Shown here: in pieces, positions 9,174 through 20,241 of the stretch
Numbering within the stretch: the first letter of the stretch is position 1
Layout: each line of letters opens with the position of its first letter
Source: Planctomycetota bacterium
GTDB lineage: Bacteria > Planctomycetota > UBA8742 > UBA2392
Direction of reading: 5' to 3'
NCBI GenBank assembly: GCA_020848275.1
Contig: JADLAK010000012.1
Span: forward strand, 37,301-101,300
DNA: 64,000 nt
Made by a program: the position numbers and the translations under genes
The notes under the pieces: generated by a model
Told to the model about the DNA's origin: nothing
Databases searched by the model: none
The model's input: the letters and a program-made list of their open reading frames with translations, nothing else

Positions 9174-11111
9174 ATGGTTCCGGTCAAAGCCCATATCGCC
9201 GCAAAGGCGCACATCCGCAGCCTCGCCGAGTACCAGCAGCTTTATCGCGAATCCGTCGACAACCCCGCCGCGTTCTGGCGCAAACAGGCCGAGCACATCA
9301 CGTGGTTTTCGCCGCCGCAGAGCATCGTCGATATCGACCGCGATGAAATCGACTTTGCCTGGTTCGCCGAGGGCAAACTCAACGCCTGCTTTAACTGCGT
9401 CGACCGCCACGCCCGCGCCACGCCCGACAAAACCGCGATCATCTGGGCCAAGGACGAACCCGGCCAGTACGAGCGCATCAGCTTTCTTCAGCTCAAACAC
9501 GACGTGGCGCGCATCGCCAACGTGCTGATCGCCCACGGCGTCAAGCGCGGCGACCGCGTCTGCATTTACTCGCCGATGATGCCGCTGACCGCCGCGGCGA
9601 TGCTGGCCTGCGCGCGCATCGGCGCCGTACACTCGGTCGTGTTTGCCGGATTTTCCGCGGAAAGCCTGCGCGACCGCATCCTCGACGCGGGCTGCAAGGT
9701 CGTGATCACCGCCAATGAAGGTCTGCGCGGCGGCAAGAAGATTCCTTTGAAAGCAACGGTCGATGAAGCCTGCAAAGGCCTTGAGATCGTGCAGACTGTG
9801 CTGGTCGGCCGCCGCACGGATGCCGGCGTCCCGATGCAGAAGGGCCGCGACCTTTGGCTCGACGAGGAAATGGCGCGCCAGCGTTCGACTTGCCCCGTCG
9901 AGTGGATGGACGCGGAATCGCCGCTGTTCGTGCTCTACACCTCGGGCAGCACCGGCAAGCCCAAGGGCGTGCTGCACACCACGGGCGGCTACCTGGTCTA
10001 CGCGGCTACCACGCACAAATACGTCTTCGACGCGCACCCGCACGACATTCACTTCTGCGCCGCCGACGTGGGCTGGGTGACGGGCCACAGTTACATCGTC
10101 TACGGACCGCTGGCCAACGGCATCACGACCGTGATGTTCGAGAGCACGCCGGTCTATCCCGACGCCGGGCGCTACTGGCAGACGGTCGACGACCTGCAGG
10201 CCACGATTTTCTACACCGCGCCGACGGCGCTGCGCGCCATTGCGCGCGCGGGCGACGAACACGTCAAGAAGGCCAGGCGCACGAGCCTGCGCGTGCTGGG
10301 CTCTGTCGGCGAACCGATTAATCCGGAAGTCTGGAAGTGGTACCACGACGTCGTCGGCGATGGCCGCTGCGCACTCGTGGACACATGGTGGCAGACGGAA
10401 ACCGGCGGCATTTTAATTTCGCCGCTGCCCGGTGCGACGCCATGCAAACCGGGTTCGGCGACGCTGCCGTTTTTTGGCGTGCAGCCCGTGATCGTCGACA
10501 ACGACGGCAAGGAACTCACGGGCAATCCCGTGTCGGGCAATCTTTGTTTGAATGGCTCTTGGCCGGGACAAGCCCGAACCATCTACGGGGATCATGCCCG
10601 GTTTAAACAAACCTATTTCAGCGCATTTAAAAGCCTCTACTTCACGGGCGACGGCTGCAAGCGCGACGAAGACGGCTACTACTGGATCACCGGCCGCGTC
10701 GACGACGTCATCAACGTCGCGGGCCACCGTCTGGGCACCGCCGAAATCGAATCGGCGCTGGTCGCCCACCCCGCCGTCGCCGAAGCTGCTGTTGTCGGCT
10801 TCCCGCACGATATTAAAGGCACGGGCATCTACGCCTACGTGCAGATTACGGCCGAGTACGCAAAAAAACCTGCGGCCGAAGTCCAGAAACTGCTCGCCGA
10901 TCAGGTGCGCAAGGCGATCGGCGCGATCGCCACACCCGACCGCATCCAGATCGTGCCGGGGCTGCCAAAGACGCGCTCGGGCAAGATCATGCGCCGCATC
11001 CTGCGCAAAGTTGCGGCGGGCGAATACACCGAACTCGGCGACCTGACGACGCTCGCCGACCCCGGCGTCGTCGAAAAAATCGTCGAAGAACACAAACGGC
11101 AAAAAACTTAA
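9174..11111 (+). CDS. acs: Acetyl-CoA synthetase (AMP-forming).
   Basis: [15 protein letters not shown]-binding motif. Acs-specific N-terminus ([16 protein letters not shown]). C-terminal conserved Lys in [11 protein letters not shown]. Confidence 0.9.
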   Translation: MVPVKAHIAAKAHIRSLAEYQQLYRESVDNPAAFWRKQAEHITWFSPPQSIVDIDRDEIDFAWFAEGKLNACFNCVDRHARATPDKTAIIWAKDEPGQYERISFLQLKHDVARIANVLIAHGVKRGDRVCIYSPMMPLTAAAMLACARIGAVHSVVFAGFSAESLRDRILDAGCKVVITANEGLRGGKKIPLKATVDEACKGLEIVQTVLVGRRTDAGVPMQKGRDLWLDEEMARQRSTCPVEWMDAESPLFVLYTSGSTGKPKGVLHTTGGYLVYAATTHKYVFDAHPHDIHFCAADVGWVTGHSYIVYGPLANGITTVMFESTPVYPDAGRYWQTVDDLQATIFYTAPTALRAIARAGDEHVKKARRTSLRVLGSVGEPINPEVWKWYHDVVGDGRCALVDTWWQTETGGILISPLPGATPCKPGSATLPFFGVQPVIVDNDGKELTGNPVSGNLCLNGSWPGQARTIYGDHARFKQTYFSAFKSLYFTGDGCKRDEDGYYWITGRVDDVINVAGHRLGTAEIESALVAHPAVAEAAVVGFPHDIKGTGIYAYVQITAEYAKKPAAEVQKLLADQVRKAIGAIATPDRIQIVPGLPKTRSGKIMRRILRKVAAGEYTELGDLTTLADPGVVEKIVEEHKRQKT

Positions 11112-11112
11112 C

Positions 11113-11175
11113 CACGAATGAACACGAATCTTCACGAATTGAATGCCGTATTCGCGTCTATTCGTGGAATTCGTG
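11113..11175. promoter_or_regulatory. Symmetric array of heptamer half-sites. Three CACGAAT at 10-bp spacing (11113, 11123, 11133) face three ATTCG(T/C)G (11150, 11160, 11169). Candidate operator and/or acs terminator hairpin.
   Basis: Read directly from the sequence: ccacgaatgaacacgaatcttcacgaattgaatgccgtattcgcgtctattcgtggaattcgtgg. Confidence 0.4.
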
Positions 11176-11192
11176 GCTAAAAAAGGACCGGC

Positions 11193-11621
11193 ATGAACAC
11201 CTACGACATTCACCTCGATCTGAAATACAAGCCGCTGGAGGTGTGCGACGCGGGCAAGATCGCCGACAACTGCGGCAAGGATTGGTGGAACCAGTCGCTG
11301 GTGAACGTGAACGAGAGCGTGATTCGCGTCGGCGTGTTCCTTGGCGAATTTCACTGGCACAAACACGACCGCGAAGACGAATTCTTCTGGGTGATCGACG
11401 GCTTGCTGCTGCTCGACCTCGAAACCGAAGAGGGTGACCCGTTTGGCAGCCACAAACTCAAGCCGGGTGAATCGCCCAAGCCCGGGAAGTTCCGCACCGT
11501 CGAGCTGTCGCCGCGCCAGGGCCTGATGGTGCCCAAGGGTGTGGTGCACCGCACCCGCGCCAAAGTTCGCACCACTGTGTTGATGGTCGAACCCGCCACC
11601 GTAAAACCGACAGGGGACTAG
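11193..11621 (+). CDS. Small cupin-domain protein, 142 aa.
   Basis: Cupin_2-like two-His motifs (FHWHKHDREDEFFWVIDG ... PKGVVHRT). Confidence 0.55.
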   Translation: MNTYDIHLDLKYKPLEVCDAGKIADNCGKDWWNQSLVNVNESVIRVGVFLGEFHWHKHDREDEFFWVIDGLLLLDLETEEGDPFGSHKLKPGESPKPGKFRTVELSPRQGLMVPKGVVHRTRAKVRTTVLMVEPATVKPTGD

Positions 11622-11706
11622 CGTAACTATTGATTTCAGAAGCTTTTGCGGCGTCGTGCCGTGTCATGGTGAAAGCATCGAGAAATTACGTCTATTCTTC
11701 CGATGG

Positions 11707-11734
11707 TTGACTGGAGGGTTGAAGGCCATATACT
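11707..11734 (+). promoter_or_regulatory. Sigma70-like promoter (TTGACT-N16-TATACT) upstream of the ImmA-like gene, inside the low-GC islet.
   Basis: TTGACT at 11707-11712 and TATACT at 11729-11734. An AGAAGGG RBS precedes the ATG at 11790. Confidence 0.35.
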
Positions 11735-11789
11735 TTCGCGCCACAATAGTTGGCAGTTGGGTAGGCGCCGGACAGAAGGGTGTAAAACC

Positions 11790-12212
11790 ATGTTGAATGC
11801 AGTCGATGTTCATGAAATTTGTGATCAGCACAATATCGACGTTCAAGAAATTGAATTAGGCGAATGTGCAGGATTCATTTCCTGCACGTCTGATAAGTGG
11901 GTCATTTCGGTAAACAAGGGTGATCCGCTAGTTCGACGTCGTTTCACAATAGCGCACGAATTGGGACATTTTTTTCTCCACTTAAGTCGGGGCTCGGTTC
12001 GAATTGATCGACCGCTCCATCGAAGCATTAATGCGTCGAACTCCGCGCAGGAGCGAGAGGCAAATGCATTTGCTGCAGCTTTGTTGATGCCCGCCAATGT
12101 CTTGCAAGCTGCTGTGAATGAAGGAAAGCCGACAAACGTCTTGGCGAGGGAGTTGTTGGTTTCCGCGTCTGCGCTGAGTTGGAGGCTTCAAGACCTTGGC
12201 CTGAAGAAGTGA
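11790..12212 (+). CDS. ImmA/IrrE-family (DUF955, COG2856) zinc metallopeptidase, about 140 aa.
   Basis: HEXXH motif HELGHFFLH followed by ...EREANAFAAALLMP, typical of ImmA/IrrE. It lies in a lower-GC segment. Confidence 0.7.
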   Translation: MLNAVDVHEICDQHNIDVQEIELGECAGFISCTSDKWVISVNKGDPLVRRRFTIAHELGHFFLHLSRGSVRIDRPLHRSINASNSAQEREANAFAAALLMPANVLQAAVNEGKPTNVLARELLVSASALSWRLQDLGLKK

Positions 12213-12254
12213 TATCTGACAAACGGCCAAATACGCAGTGCCGCCAGAAGTCGT

Positions 12255-14639
12255 TTGTGGCGGCACTTTTTATTGGGTTTGCCAATGCTTGATCAAGAAT
12301 TGATTCGCGGCGTCGAGGCAATCTCAGATTCGTCCAACGAAGCTGAGGTCGAAGACAAGGTCGTTCTCCCTCTTCTGAAACGATTTGGGATAACGGCGAA
12401 TGACTTCATTCCGCAAGGCGAAATTCCGCGACTAGATATCGCCAAGGGAGTGGAAGTCAAGAGAGCTTTTCTTCCGGACTACCTGCTGACTTTTTTCGGG
12501 CTCTATGTTGCAGTGATTGAGGCGAAGTCTCCCAGCGAGTCGGTGCAAAATGCATATAGAGAGGCGTGTTTCTATTCAACCGAACTTCACCGTCAACTTG
12601 GCACATTAACAGATGTCAAGGTTGCCGTGGGCTGCAACGGTCGCGAAATTTGGGTAGGAACTCCTGAAACTTCCGACAAGGACGCCAAGAAATACGATGT
12701 CCGCAAATTGGTATCTAGCCCCACACTTCTGGCCGAACTCGAGGCGTGGATTGGCCGAAAAACATTAAATGACCATGCCAACGAGCGAAGACTGGCACGT
12801 CGCCTTGGGGAGGCTTCAAACGTTAGGACCGACCTCTTTCTTGGTGCGGCCATTCCCAAGAATGAGCACAACTCGTTCTATCCGGCCATTCGACCGTTGC
12901 TGAATACATATTTTGGCAATCTAAGCCTCCTGCGCGATGAGCTGTTCCTAAAGGGGTATTGCGACCCGTCTGAACAGCAGCGAACGCGCGAAGAAGAAGA
13001 TGTTTTGCGTGATCGCCCCCCTGCCCGTTCAGACGCCAAGTTGCTCACGCGACATAACGCTGATGAGTTGGTGGGCGACATAGTTAGGCACTTTCATTCA
13101 TACCATACAGGTGAAGACACCTCCTTTGAGCCGGATCGATTCTTTCTCCTCCTCGGCGCGGCGGGTGCGGGCAAGTCCACATTTACTTGGTGGTACACGA
13201 AGTTCTCCGTCGATCACAAAAAATGTGTCCCGATATTGATTGATGGGACGAAGGCCCCTCAAGACTCGGAACCACTTTTCGCGCACACGTTGCAAAAGCT
13301 CACGAGTACGGTTCACGAATTCCTAGTTGCCAATGTTTACGGAGGTGATCGACAACGGGCTATTCGATCTATATTGCGCGAATCTTGGGAGAAGGACTAC
13401 TACGAGTTCTTTCATCCGAAGATTGAAAAGCCAGATTACTTGGATCAGCACTTTCCAAAGTTAGCAAAGCCGATAAAGGAAAGTGATGAGGTGTTTTTGC
13501 CATTTCTGCTTGAGGATCTACATCGCAACGGGCTTGTCGCCATGCTCATCGTTGACAATTTAGACCTAACCAACGTCGCAAGACAGCTAGATGGGTTTAA
13601 ACTGTTTCGGCCGTTTTCCCAACAATTCGAGGTTCTTATCGGCCTCGTCCTTCGGGACGAGACATGGCAATTTTACGCAAAACGCAAACCTTTCGAGGGA
13701 TTTCATAGCTCTCCAACTTTTTACATCGCCGGACCGTCCCTATCTGAATTGATCGACAAGCGTGTGGAAGTGATGACTGAAGGCCTAGGCCAAACTGGGA
13801 AAAGGAATGTGGTGATCCCATTCGGGGCCAACAAGAACATGAAGTTAGAGCTTTCGATGAAGGACACCGCAGAACTAATTGCAAAGGTCCATGAAGGACT
13901 CTCTAAGCCAGACGACCTGCATTTGATTGAAGGCGTCTGTGGGAAGAACAATCGCAATGGTCTAGACGCGTTTGCTGTTGTCTGTACATCTTCGTACGTC
14001 GAGGAGATCAATCTTCTTCAGCCGACTTTCAAGGTCGGAGCGTTTGACCCCTCGCGAGCGCAGCTGTTGAAAGCGCTGATTTGCGGGGATAGTAAGTACT
14101 ACGATTCACATTCGAGCTTTGTGGCGAATGCCTATACATTTGGCCAGGGAACAGACGGGTCAAGCATTTTTGTGGTACTCCACATACTTCGAGAACTGCT
14201 TTTTAAAGCCGGAGGCACTCCTGGATTCGGAAAGGGCTATGTGCCCCTTACGGACCTACAGGAGTTGTTGATGAAGTGGCTTCCGCTCGATGTTTCCGAG
14301 TTGCGTCGCATTACATTTGGAATCGTACGGACGGGGATTTGGCAAGTAGACACGTTTGAGCCAACATCCGAATCAGATTTCAATGCGGTTCGAATTCAAG
14401 AGCAGGGATTGTATCTGTTGAAGACCTTGTACAAGGATGACACGTACCTCGAATGCATGGCATTCGATACCGCAATAGCGGATCGATTCACGTTGGGAGA
14501 GTTGGTAGAGGCGTTCAAAAGCGATCGACGCTGCTCCGACCTCTTTTTGACCTACCTAAAGGGCAAAGAAGTGATTGAAGTTGAACACGCGTCAGCTAGA
14601 GGATTCAAGCTCGATCCAAGCCGAAAGAAATTCATGTAG
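12255..14639 (+). CDS. Fusion of an HsdR_N-like PD-(D/E)xK nuclease domain and a NACHT/STAND-like P-loop NTPase with a C-terminal uncharacterised domain (794 aa). Candidate defence protein. The true start may be the ATG at 12285 (MLDQ...).
   Basis: N-terminal HsdR_N-type motif (VVLPLLKRFGI...PDYLLTFFGLYVAVIEAKSP). Walker A LLLGAAGAGKST. Walker B-like hhhhD motif MLIVDNLDL (NACHT-like). Low GC. Immediately upstream of tRNA-Leu. Confidence 0.6.
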   Translation: MWRHFLLGLPMLDQELIRGVEAISDSSNEAEVEDKVVLPLLKRFGITANDFIPQGEIPRLDIAKGVEVKRAFLPDYLLTFFGLYVAVIEAKSPSESVQNAYREACFYSTELHRQLGTLTDVKVAVGCNGREIWVGTPETSDKDAKKYDVRKLVSSPTLLAELEAWIGRKTLNDHANERRLARRLGEASNVRTDLFLGAAIPKNEHNSFYPAIRPLLNTYFGNLSLLRDELFLKGYCDPSEQQRTREEEDVLRDRPPARSDAKLLTRHNADELVGDIVRHFHSYHTGEDTSFEPDRFFLLLGAAGAGKSTFTWWYTKFSVDHKKCVPILIDGTKAPQDSEPLFAHTLQKLTSTVHEFLVANVYGGDRQRAIRSILRESWEKDYYEFFHPKIEKPDYLDQHFPKLAKPIKESDEVFLPFLLEDLHRNGLVAMLIVDNLDLTNVARQLDGFKLFRPFSQQFEVLIGLVLRDETWQFYAKRKPFEGFHSSPTFYIAGPSLSELIDKRVEVMTEGLGQTGKRNVVIPFGANKNMKLELSMKDTAELIAKVHEGLSKPDDLHLIEGVCGKNNRNGLDAFAVVCTSSYVEEINLLQPTFKVGAFDPSRAQLLKALICGDSKYYDSHSSFVANAYTFGQGTDGSSIFVVLHILRELLFKAGGTPGFGKGYVPLTDLQELLMKWLPLDVSELRRITFGIVRTGIWQVDTFEPTSESDFNAVRIQEQGLYLLKTLYKDDTYLECMAFDTAIADRFTLGELVEAFKSDRRCSDLFLTYLKGKEVIEVEHASARGFKLDPSRKKFM

Positions 14640-14684
14640 GGCTCACACGCGGCTCGGAATGCGCTTTGTCGGGTCACAATCATA

Positions 14685-14768
14685 CGGACGTGGCGGAATG
14701 GCAGACGCGCCAGACTTAGGATCTGGTGAGGCAACTCGTGTGGGTTCAAGTCCCACCGTCCGTACCAT
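14685..14768 (+). tRNA. tRNA-Leu (anticodon TAG), type II with long variable arm, CCA encoded.
   Basis: Manual fold. Acceptor ACGGACG/CGTCCGT. D-arm GCG-GAATGGCAGA-CGC. Anticodon stem CCAGA/TCTGG with loop CTTAGGA. 13-nt variable arm. T-arm GTGGG-TTCAAGT-CCCAC. Discriminator A, then CCA. Closely resembles E. coli tRNA-Leu. Confidence 0.85.
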
Positions 14769-14813
14769 TCGACTCGGAAGGCGCTCGTCAGAGCGACTTC
14801 CGAGTCGAATGGT
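14766..14813 (+). terminator. 16-bp perfect inverted repeat (CCATTCGACTCGGAAG ... CTTCCGAGTCGAATGG) with a 16-nt loop, overlapping the tRNA-Leu CCA end. No U-tract follows.
   Basis: Seen directly in the sequence. Function is uncertain (terminator or processing structure). Confidence 0.3.
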
Positions 14814-15130
14814 ATCCTGAGCGAGCGCAGCGAGAAAAAAGCAAAGGCGCGGAGTGCCGGTATTTCTTTAGCATCCACCGCAAGGTGGGTGTTTTCGTCG
14901 GAGAAAACTGGCCGAGGCGCGAAAGCGCCGACACCCGGTGCCGCCGCTACGCGGCTTGGCATCAATTCTGCCCAACCGAAACCACCGCCTTTCGGCGGTG
15001 GCTAAACAGATGACGGCGCTACGCGCCTCACAACTTTTCCGCCGGACCGCTTCTGTCCTCGCGAAGCTTCGCTGAAGCTTCTGCTCGGCCCCGCTCCCTG
15101 TGGTCGCCACGCGCGGCTCGTAAAAGGCCG

Positions 15131-15667
15131 CTACTTCATTACGTGATCGCGGTAGTAGGCGAGTTCGGCGAGGCTGCCTTTGATGTCGTCCAACGCCGTG
15201 TGCGTCTTGCCGGGCTTGTCGAACTTCGGCACCGCCGGATACCAGGCCTGCGTCAGTACCTTGATCGAGCTGACGTCCACCTGCCGATAGTGCAAGTAGC
15301 GTTCGAATGCGGGCATGTACTTCGCCAAAAAGCGCCGGTCCGCGTGAATCGAATTGCCCGCCAGGACGCCCTCGCCCGGTTTAATCCCCTGTGCGGCGAG
15401 CAACGCGACGACTTCTTTTTCGACGTCGCGCAGCGCGTACTTCGACGCGCGCACGCGGTCGGTTAGACCGCTCTTGGCATGCATCTCGCGGACGAACGGG
15501 TCCATCAGCGCCAGCGCGCTGTCGGGCTGCCAGATCGCGCGTTCGAACTCGGCGAGGGGCTTTAAATCGGCGCCGGTGATGATGATGCCGATTTCGATGA
15601 TGACGCAGGTCTCGACATCCAGCCCGGTCATCTCGAGGTCCGTCCAGATCAATCTTAGGTCAGCCAT
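15131..15667 (-). CDS. orn: Oligoribonuclease (3'-5' exoribonuclease, DEDDh family).
   Basis: Exo I motif LIWTDLEMTGLD. GNSIHADRRFL. Exo III motif HTALDDIKGSLAELAYYR. 178 aa. Confidence 0.9.
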   Translation of the reverse strand: MADLRLIWTDLEMTGLDVETCVIIEIGIIITGADLKPLAEFERAIWQPDSALALMDPFVREMHAKSGLTDRVRASKYALRDVEKEVVALLAAQGIKPGEGVLAGNSIHADRRFLAKYMPAFERYLHYRQVDVSSIKVLTQAWYPAVPKFDKPGKTHTALDDIKGSLAELAYYRDHVMK

Positions 15668-15832
15668 GCGTCCGGTTTAGCACTTGGCGGCGTGGAAGCG
15701 AAGTTCGTTGTGCCGCCCCTACGGGGCTCGGAATCTCACTAACAGAAAACCCAGCGCTTACGCGCTGGGCTATTGTATTTCGCCCTACGGGCTAAAAATC
15801 AAAGCACATCGACCTGGAGGTCGATGCCACGC

Positions 15833-17413
<1,581 letters not shown>

Positions 17414-17623
17414 GGCTTGCCTTCAACTGTACGCGATCAGCAATGGTGCAAGGCAACCGAGCCGCCGCGTGACCGATGCTTGCGCATCGCACGCGAAACA
17501 GAATAGCGACGGCAAAAGCAAATCCAAGTGGCGCGGGCATTCCTGCCCGCGGTGCCGCGTCGTTTGCGGCACAATTCGGCCACCGTGGCTGGCCGCGCGG
17601 ACAGGAATGTCCGCGCCACGGGA

Positions 17624-18814
17624 TTACAACAGGCGCTCATAGGCCTCGACGGCGCGTTGCAGGCTGAAACGCCGCTCGGCGAGCTCCCGCGCGCGGCGGC
17701 CCATTTCAGCCAGCGCGTCGGGGTCGTGGCGCATGCGGCGGATGGCTGCCGCCACGGACTCCGCATCGTTGACCTCTGTCACGACGGCGCCGACGCCCTC
17801 TTTCTCGACAAGCGCGGCGATTTCGCTGCCCTTGGGCACGAGCGCAATCAGCGGCCGCCCGCTGGCTAGGATACCCGTGAGTTTGCTCGGCATCGCCAGC
17901 CCGTCCACTCCCGCTTCGAGTGTTACAACGGCCACGTCGCAGGCGATTAAACTGTCGCAGAGCGATTCCAGCGGCTGGTAATCGAAAAATCGCACGTTGC
18001 TGTATCCCTTGGCGATTTCCTTCGTTTGATTCAGCCTCGCGCCACGGCCGATGTAGGTCAGCACCACGTTTTCGGTGGCAAGGTCGCCCGTCGCGCGTGT
18101 GAGCGCGTCAAGCGGGTGCAGCAGGCCGAGGTTGCCGGAGTACTGAAGGACAAAGGGCGTCACCAGCCCGTTGGCTTGCGCGAACTGGCTGTCGGCCTTG
18201 GCGCGCGGCGCGATTTTGTCGAGATCGGCCCAATTCTCGATCACTTCGATGCGCGCGCGAGGCTGTTTGCGCCGTGCGTTTTCGGCCATACGTTCGCTCA
18301 GCGTCACGACGGCGTGCGCACGTTTGAAAACGCGTCGGTTGATGCGGTTGAGCACGGCGCTGAGAAAGCCGCCGTGGCGCCAGCGGCCCAGCGCCTCGCC
18401 GAGGTCCGGGTGAATGTCGTGCAGCACATAGATGTAGGGCTGCCGTCGCAGCCACCACAGGTACCACGCGGCCATGCCCAGAGTTGGCGGGCTCGAGGGA
18501 ATGATCAGGGTGTGTCCGCCCGAGGCAAACAGCGCGCGCCACATCGACCAGCCCGCGATCCAGCGCGCGCGCCATATGCGCGAAAGCAGCGATTTGCCGG
18601 CGCGCGGCGCCCACCAGCGGCTGATTTTCACGCCGTCGCGCGTCTCGCCGCCCGGCGCGCTCAGGGCCATTTCCTGGTATCCCGGCTTGAAAGTCGCGAC
18701 GCGGACCTCGTGGCCGCGCGCCGCGAGTTCGCGCGCGAGCTGGCTGAAAAGTTGTCCGTCCGCCGCAACATCGGGCGGATAATGAGGTAGCAGGAAGGTA
18801 ACGGCGGCGGGCAC
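17624..18814 (-). CDS. Glycosyltransferase, family 4 (GT-B fold).
   Basis: N-terminal GT4 motif (LLPHYPPDVAADGQLFSQLARELAARGHEV) and a C-terminal E-x7-E-like region. 396 aa. Confidence 0.7.
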   Translation of the reverse strand: MPAAVTFLLPHYPPDVAADGQLFSQLARELAARGHEVRVATFKPGYQEMALSAPGGETRDGVKISRWWAPRAGKSLLSRIWRARWIAGWSMWRALFASGGHTLIIPSSPPTLGMAAWYLWWLRRQPYIYVLHDIHPDLGEALGRWRHGGFLSAVLNRINRRVFKRAHAVVTLSERMAENARRKQPRARIEVIENWADLDKIAPRAKADSQFAQANGLVTPFVLQYSGNLGLLHPLDALTRATGDLATENVVLTYIGRGARLNQTKEIAKGYSNVRFFDYQPLESLCDSLIACDVAVVTLEAGVDGLAMPSKLTGILASGRPLIALVPKGSEIAALVEKEGVGAVVTEVNDAESVAAAIRRMRHDPDALAEMGRRARELAERRFSLQRAVEAYERLL

Positions 18815-18940
18815 GGCACTGTTAAATCAGAGCCGCGCGCGCAAGCAAGCGGCCCGATTCATCCTTGCTGGCACGCATGGCTCAGAGTTGGCTTGACGCT
18901 TGCACGGCATGGCGTAGGCTTTTCAGGACAGGAGTGTCCT

Positions 18941-20182
18941 ATGAACCGTTCAAGGCGCGAATTTCTCAAGAAAACAGGCCTGGCGGCTGCGGGTTTGGGT
19001 GCGATCGCGCTGACCGGCTGCGGCCAAAACGCGGCCGGGAACAATGCGCCGGCAAACCAGCCCGAAAAGGCCCCGGACAAAGCGCCCGAAAAAGCGCCGG
19101 AAAAACGCGCGGAGGTCAAATACGGCACGATCATCGGCCCGGGCAAGTACGAGGACGAAGAGAAGAAGACCCACAACGTCCTGTCGATCATCAACCTCGA
19201 CGCGATGACGGACAAGCGGCTCGACGTCGACGCGCGCCGCCCGCGGCTGATCGAACTCGCGTTTTACGCCCACGGCGTATCGCCGCACCCGTTGTTTCCC
19301 GACAAGGCGGTGCTGTTCGAAAAACACGGCGCGGGTTGCTGCGAAGTCGACCTGCGCAAAGGCGAGGTCACGAAAACGATCACCACCGGCGAGGACCGCC
19401 AGTTCTACGGCCACGGCGCCTTTTCTCGCGACGGCAGTGAAATGTACTGCACCGAAGTTGTCATCAGCGAGCGCAAGAAGGGCGTGATCATCGTGCGCGA
19501 CAGCAAGACTTACGAAATCCAGGGCGAATTCCCGAGTTACGGCACGTCGCCGCACGACTGCACGTTGATCGACGGCGGCGCAACCTTGATGATCACCAAC
19601 GGCGGCGACAAATTCGACACGAACAACAGCCCGCCCTGCGTGACGTTCGTTGACGTCAAGACGCAGAAGCAGATCGACAAGTTCGAGTTCGACACGGCGC
19701 GCATCAATGCCGGGCACGCGGCGATCACGAGCAAACGTGAGATCGCGGTGGTTTCGGCCATGCGCGACGGCCTGCCGGCGGATTCGACGGGCGCCGTTAG
19801 CTTCCGCATCGGCAAAGATGCGGCGCGCACGATGACGCAACCGAAAGAGATCACCTCGCGCATGAAGGGCGAATCGCTGAGCGTGGCAATCCACGAGGAA
19901 ACCGGCGTGGTCGGCGTGACCAACCCGGAGGCGGACCTGGTGACGTTCTGGAACCTGCGCGAGGGCAAGTTCATCAAGGCGCTGGAGCTGGATGAAGGCG
20001 GCGGCAAGCTGGTGCGGCCGACGGGGATTGCGTTGACGCTGGACAACAGCTTTTTCGCGATCAGTTTTGGCACGTCGCGCACGATGCAACTGGTGTCGCC
20101 GCAAACGCTGGAGCTTGTGGCCGGCGCGCGCATCGAGAAATCGTTCCTCTCGGGCTCGCATTTTATTGTGTACGCGCTGTAG
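18941..20182 (+). CDS. Tat-signal (SRREFLKKTGLAAAGLGA) periplasmic protein, probably a beta-propeller; possibly DUF1513-like.
   Basis: Twin-arginine motif followed by a hydrophobic region and TGCGQN. Repeated A/PEKAPEK linker. The rest is a non-repetitive globular sequence. Confidence 0.55.
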   Translation: MNRSRREFLKKTGLAAAGLGAIALTGCGQNAAGNNAPANQPEKAPDKAPEKAPEKRAEVKYGTIIGPGKYEDEEKKTHNVLSIINLDAMTDKRLDVDARRPRLIELAFYAHGVSPHPLFPDKAVLFEKHGAGCCEVDLRKGEVTKTITTGEDRQFYGHGAFSRDGSEMYCTEVVISERKKGVIIVRDSKTYEIQGEFPSYGTSPHDCTLIDGGATLMITNGGDKFDTNNSPPCVTFVDVKTQKQIDKFEFDTARINAGHAAITSKREIAVVSAMRDGLPADSTGAVSFRIGKDAARTMTQPKEITSRMKGESLSVAIHEETGVVGVTNPEADLVTFWNLREGKFIKALELDEGGGKLVRPTGIALTLDNSFFAISFGTSRTMQLVSPQTLELVAGARIEKSFLSGSHFIVYAL

Positions 20183-20241
20183 CTCGTGGCTGCGGTTGTT
20201 CCCTGACGAAGCCTTGGCGAAGTCAGGTCCCAACCGCAGCG

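Noticed and set aside
9075-11549. Minus-strand ORFs 9075..10346 (423 aa) and 10413..11549 (378 aa) opposite acs and the cupin gene
   Set aside because: acs has unambiguous AMP-binding motifs on the plus strand. The minus ORFs have low-complexity R/A/G/V composition.
11620-14680. Search for att-like direct repeats of the tRNA-Leu 3' end at the left border of the low-GC islet
   Set aside because: Only a 7-mer (CCACCGT) match was found near 11595. That is insufficient to call attL/attR. The islet also lies 5' of the tRNA rather than in the usual 3' integration configuration.
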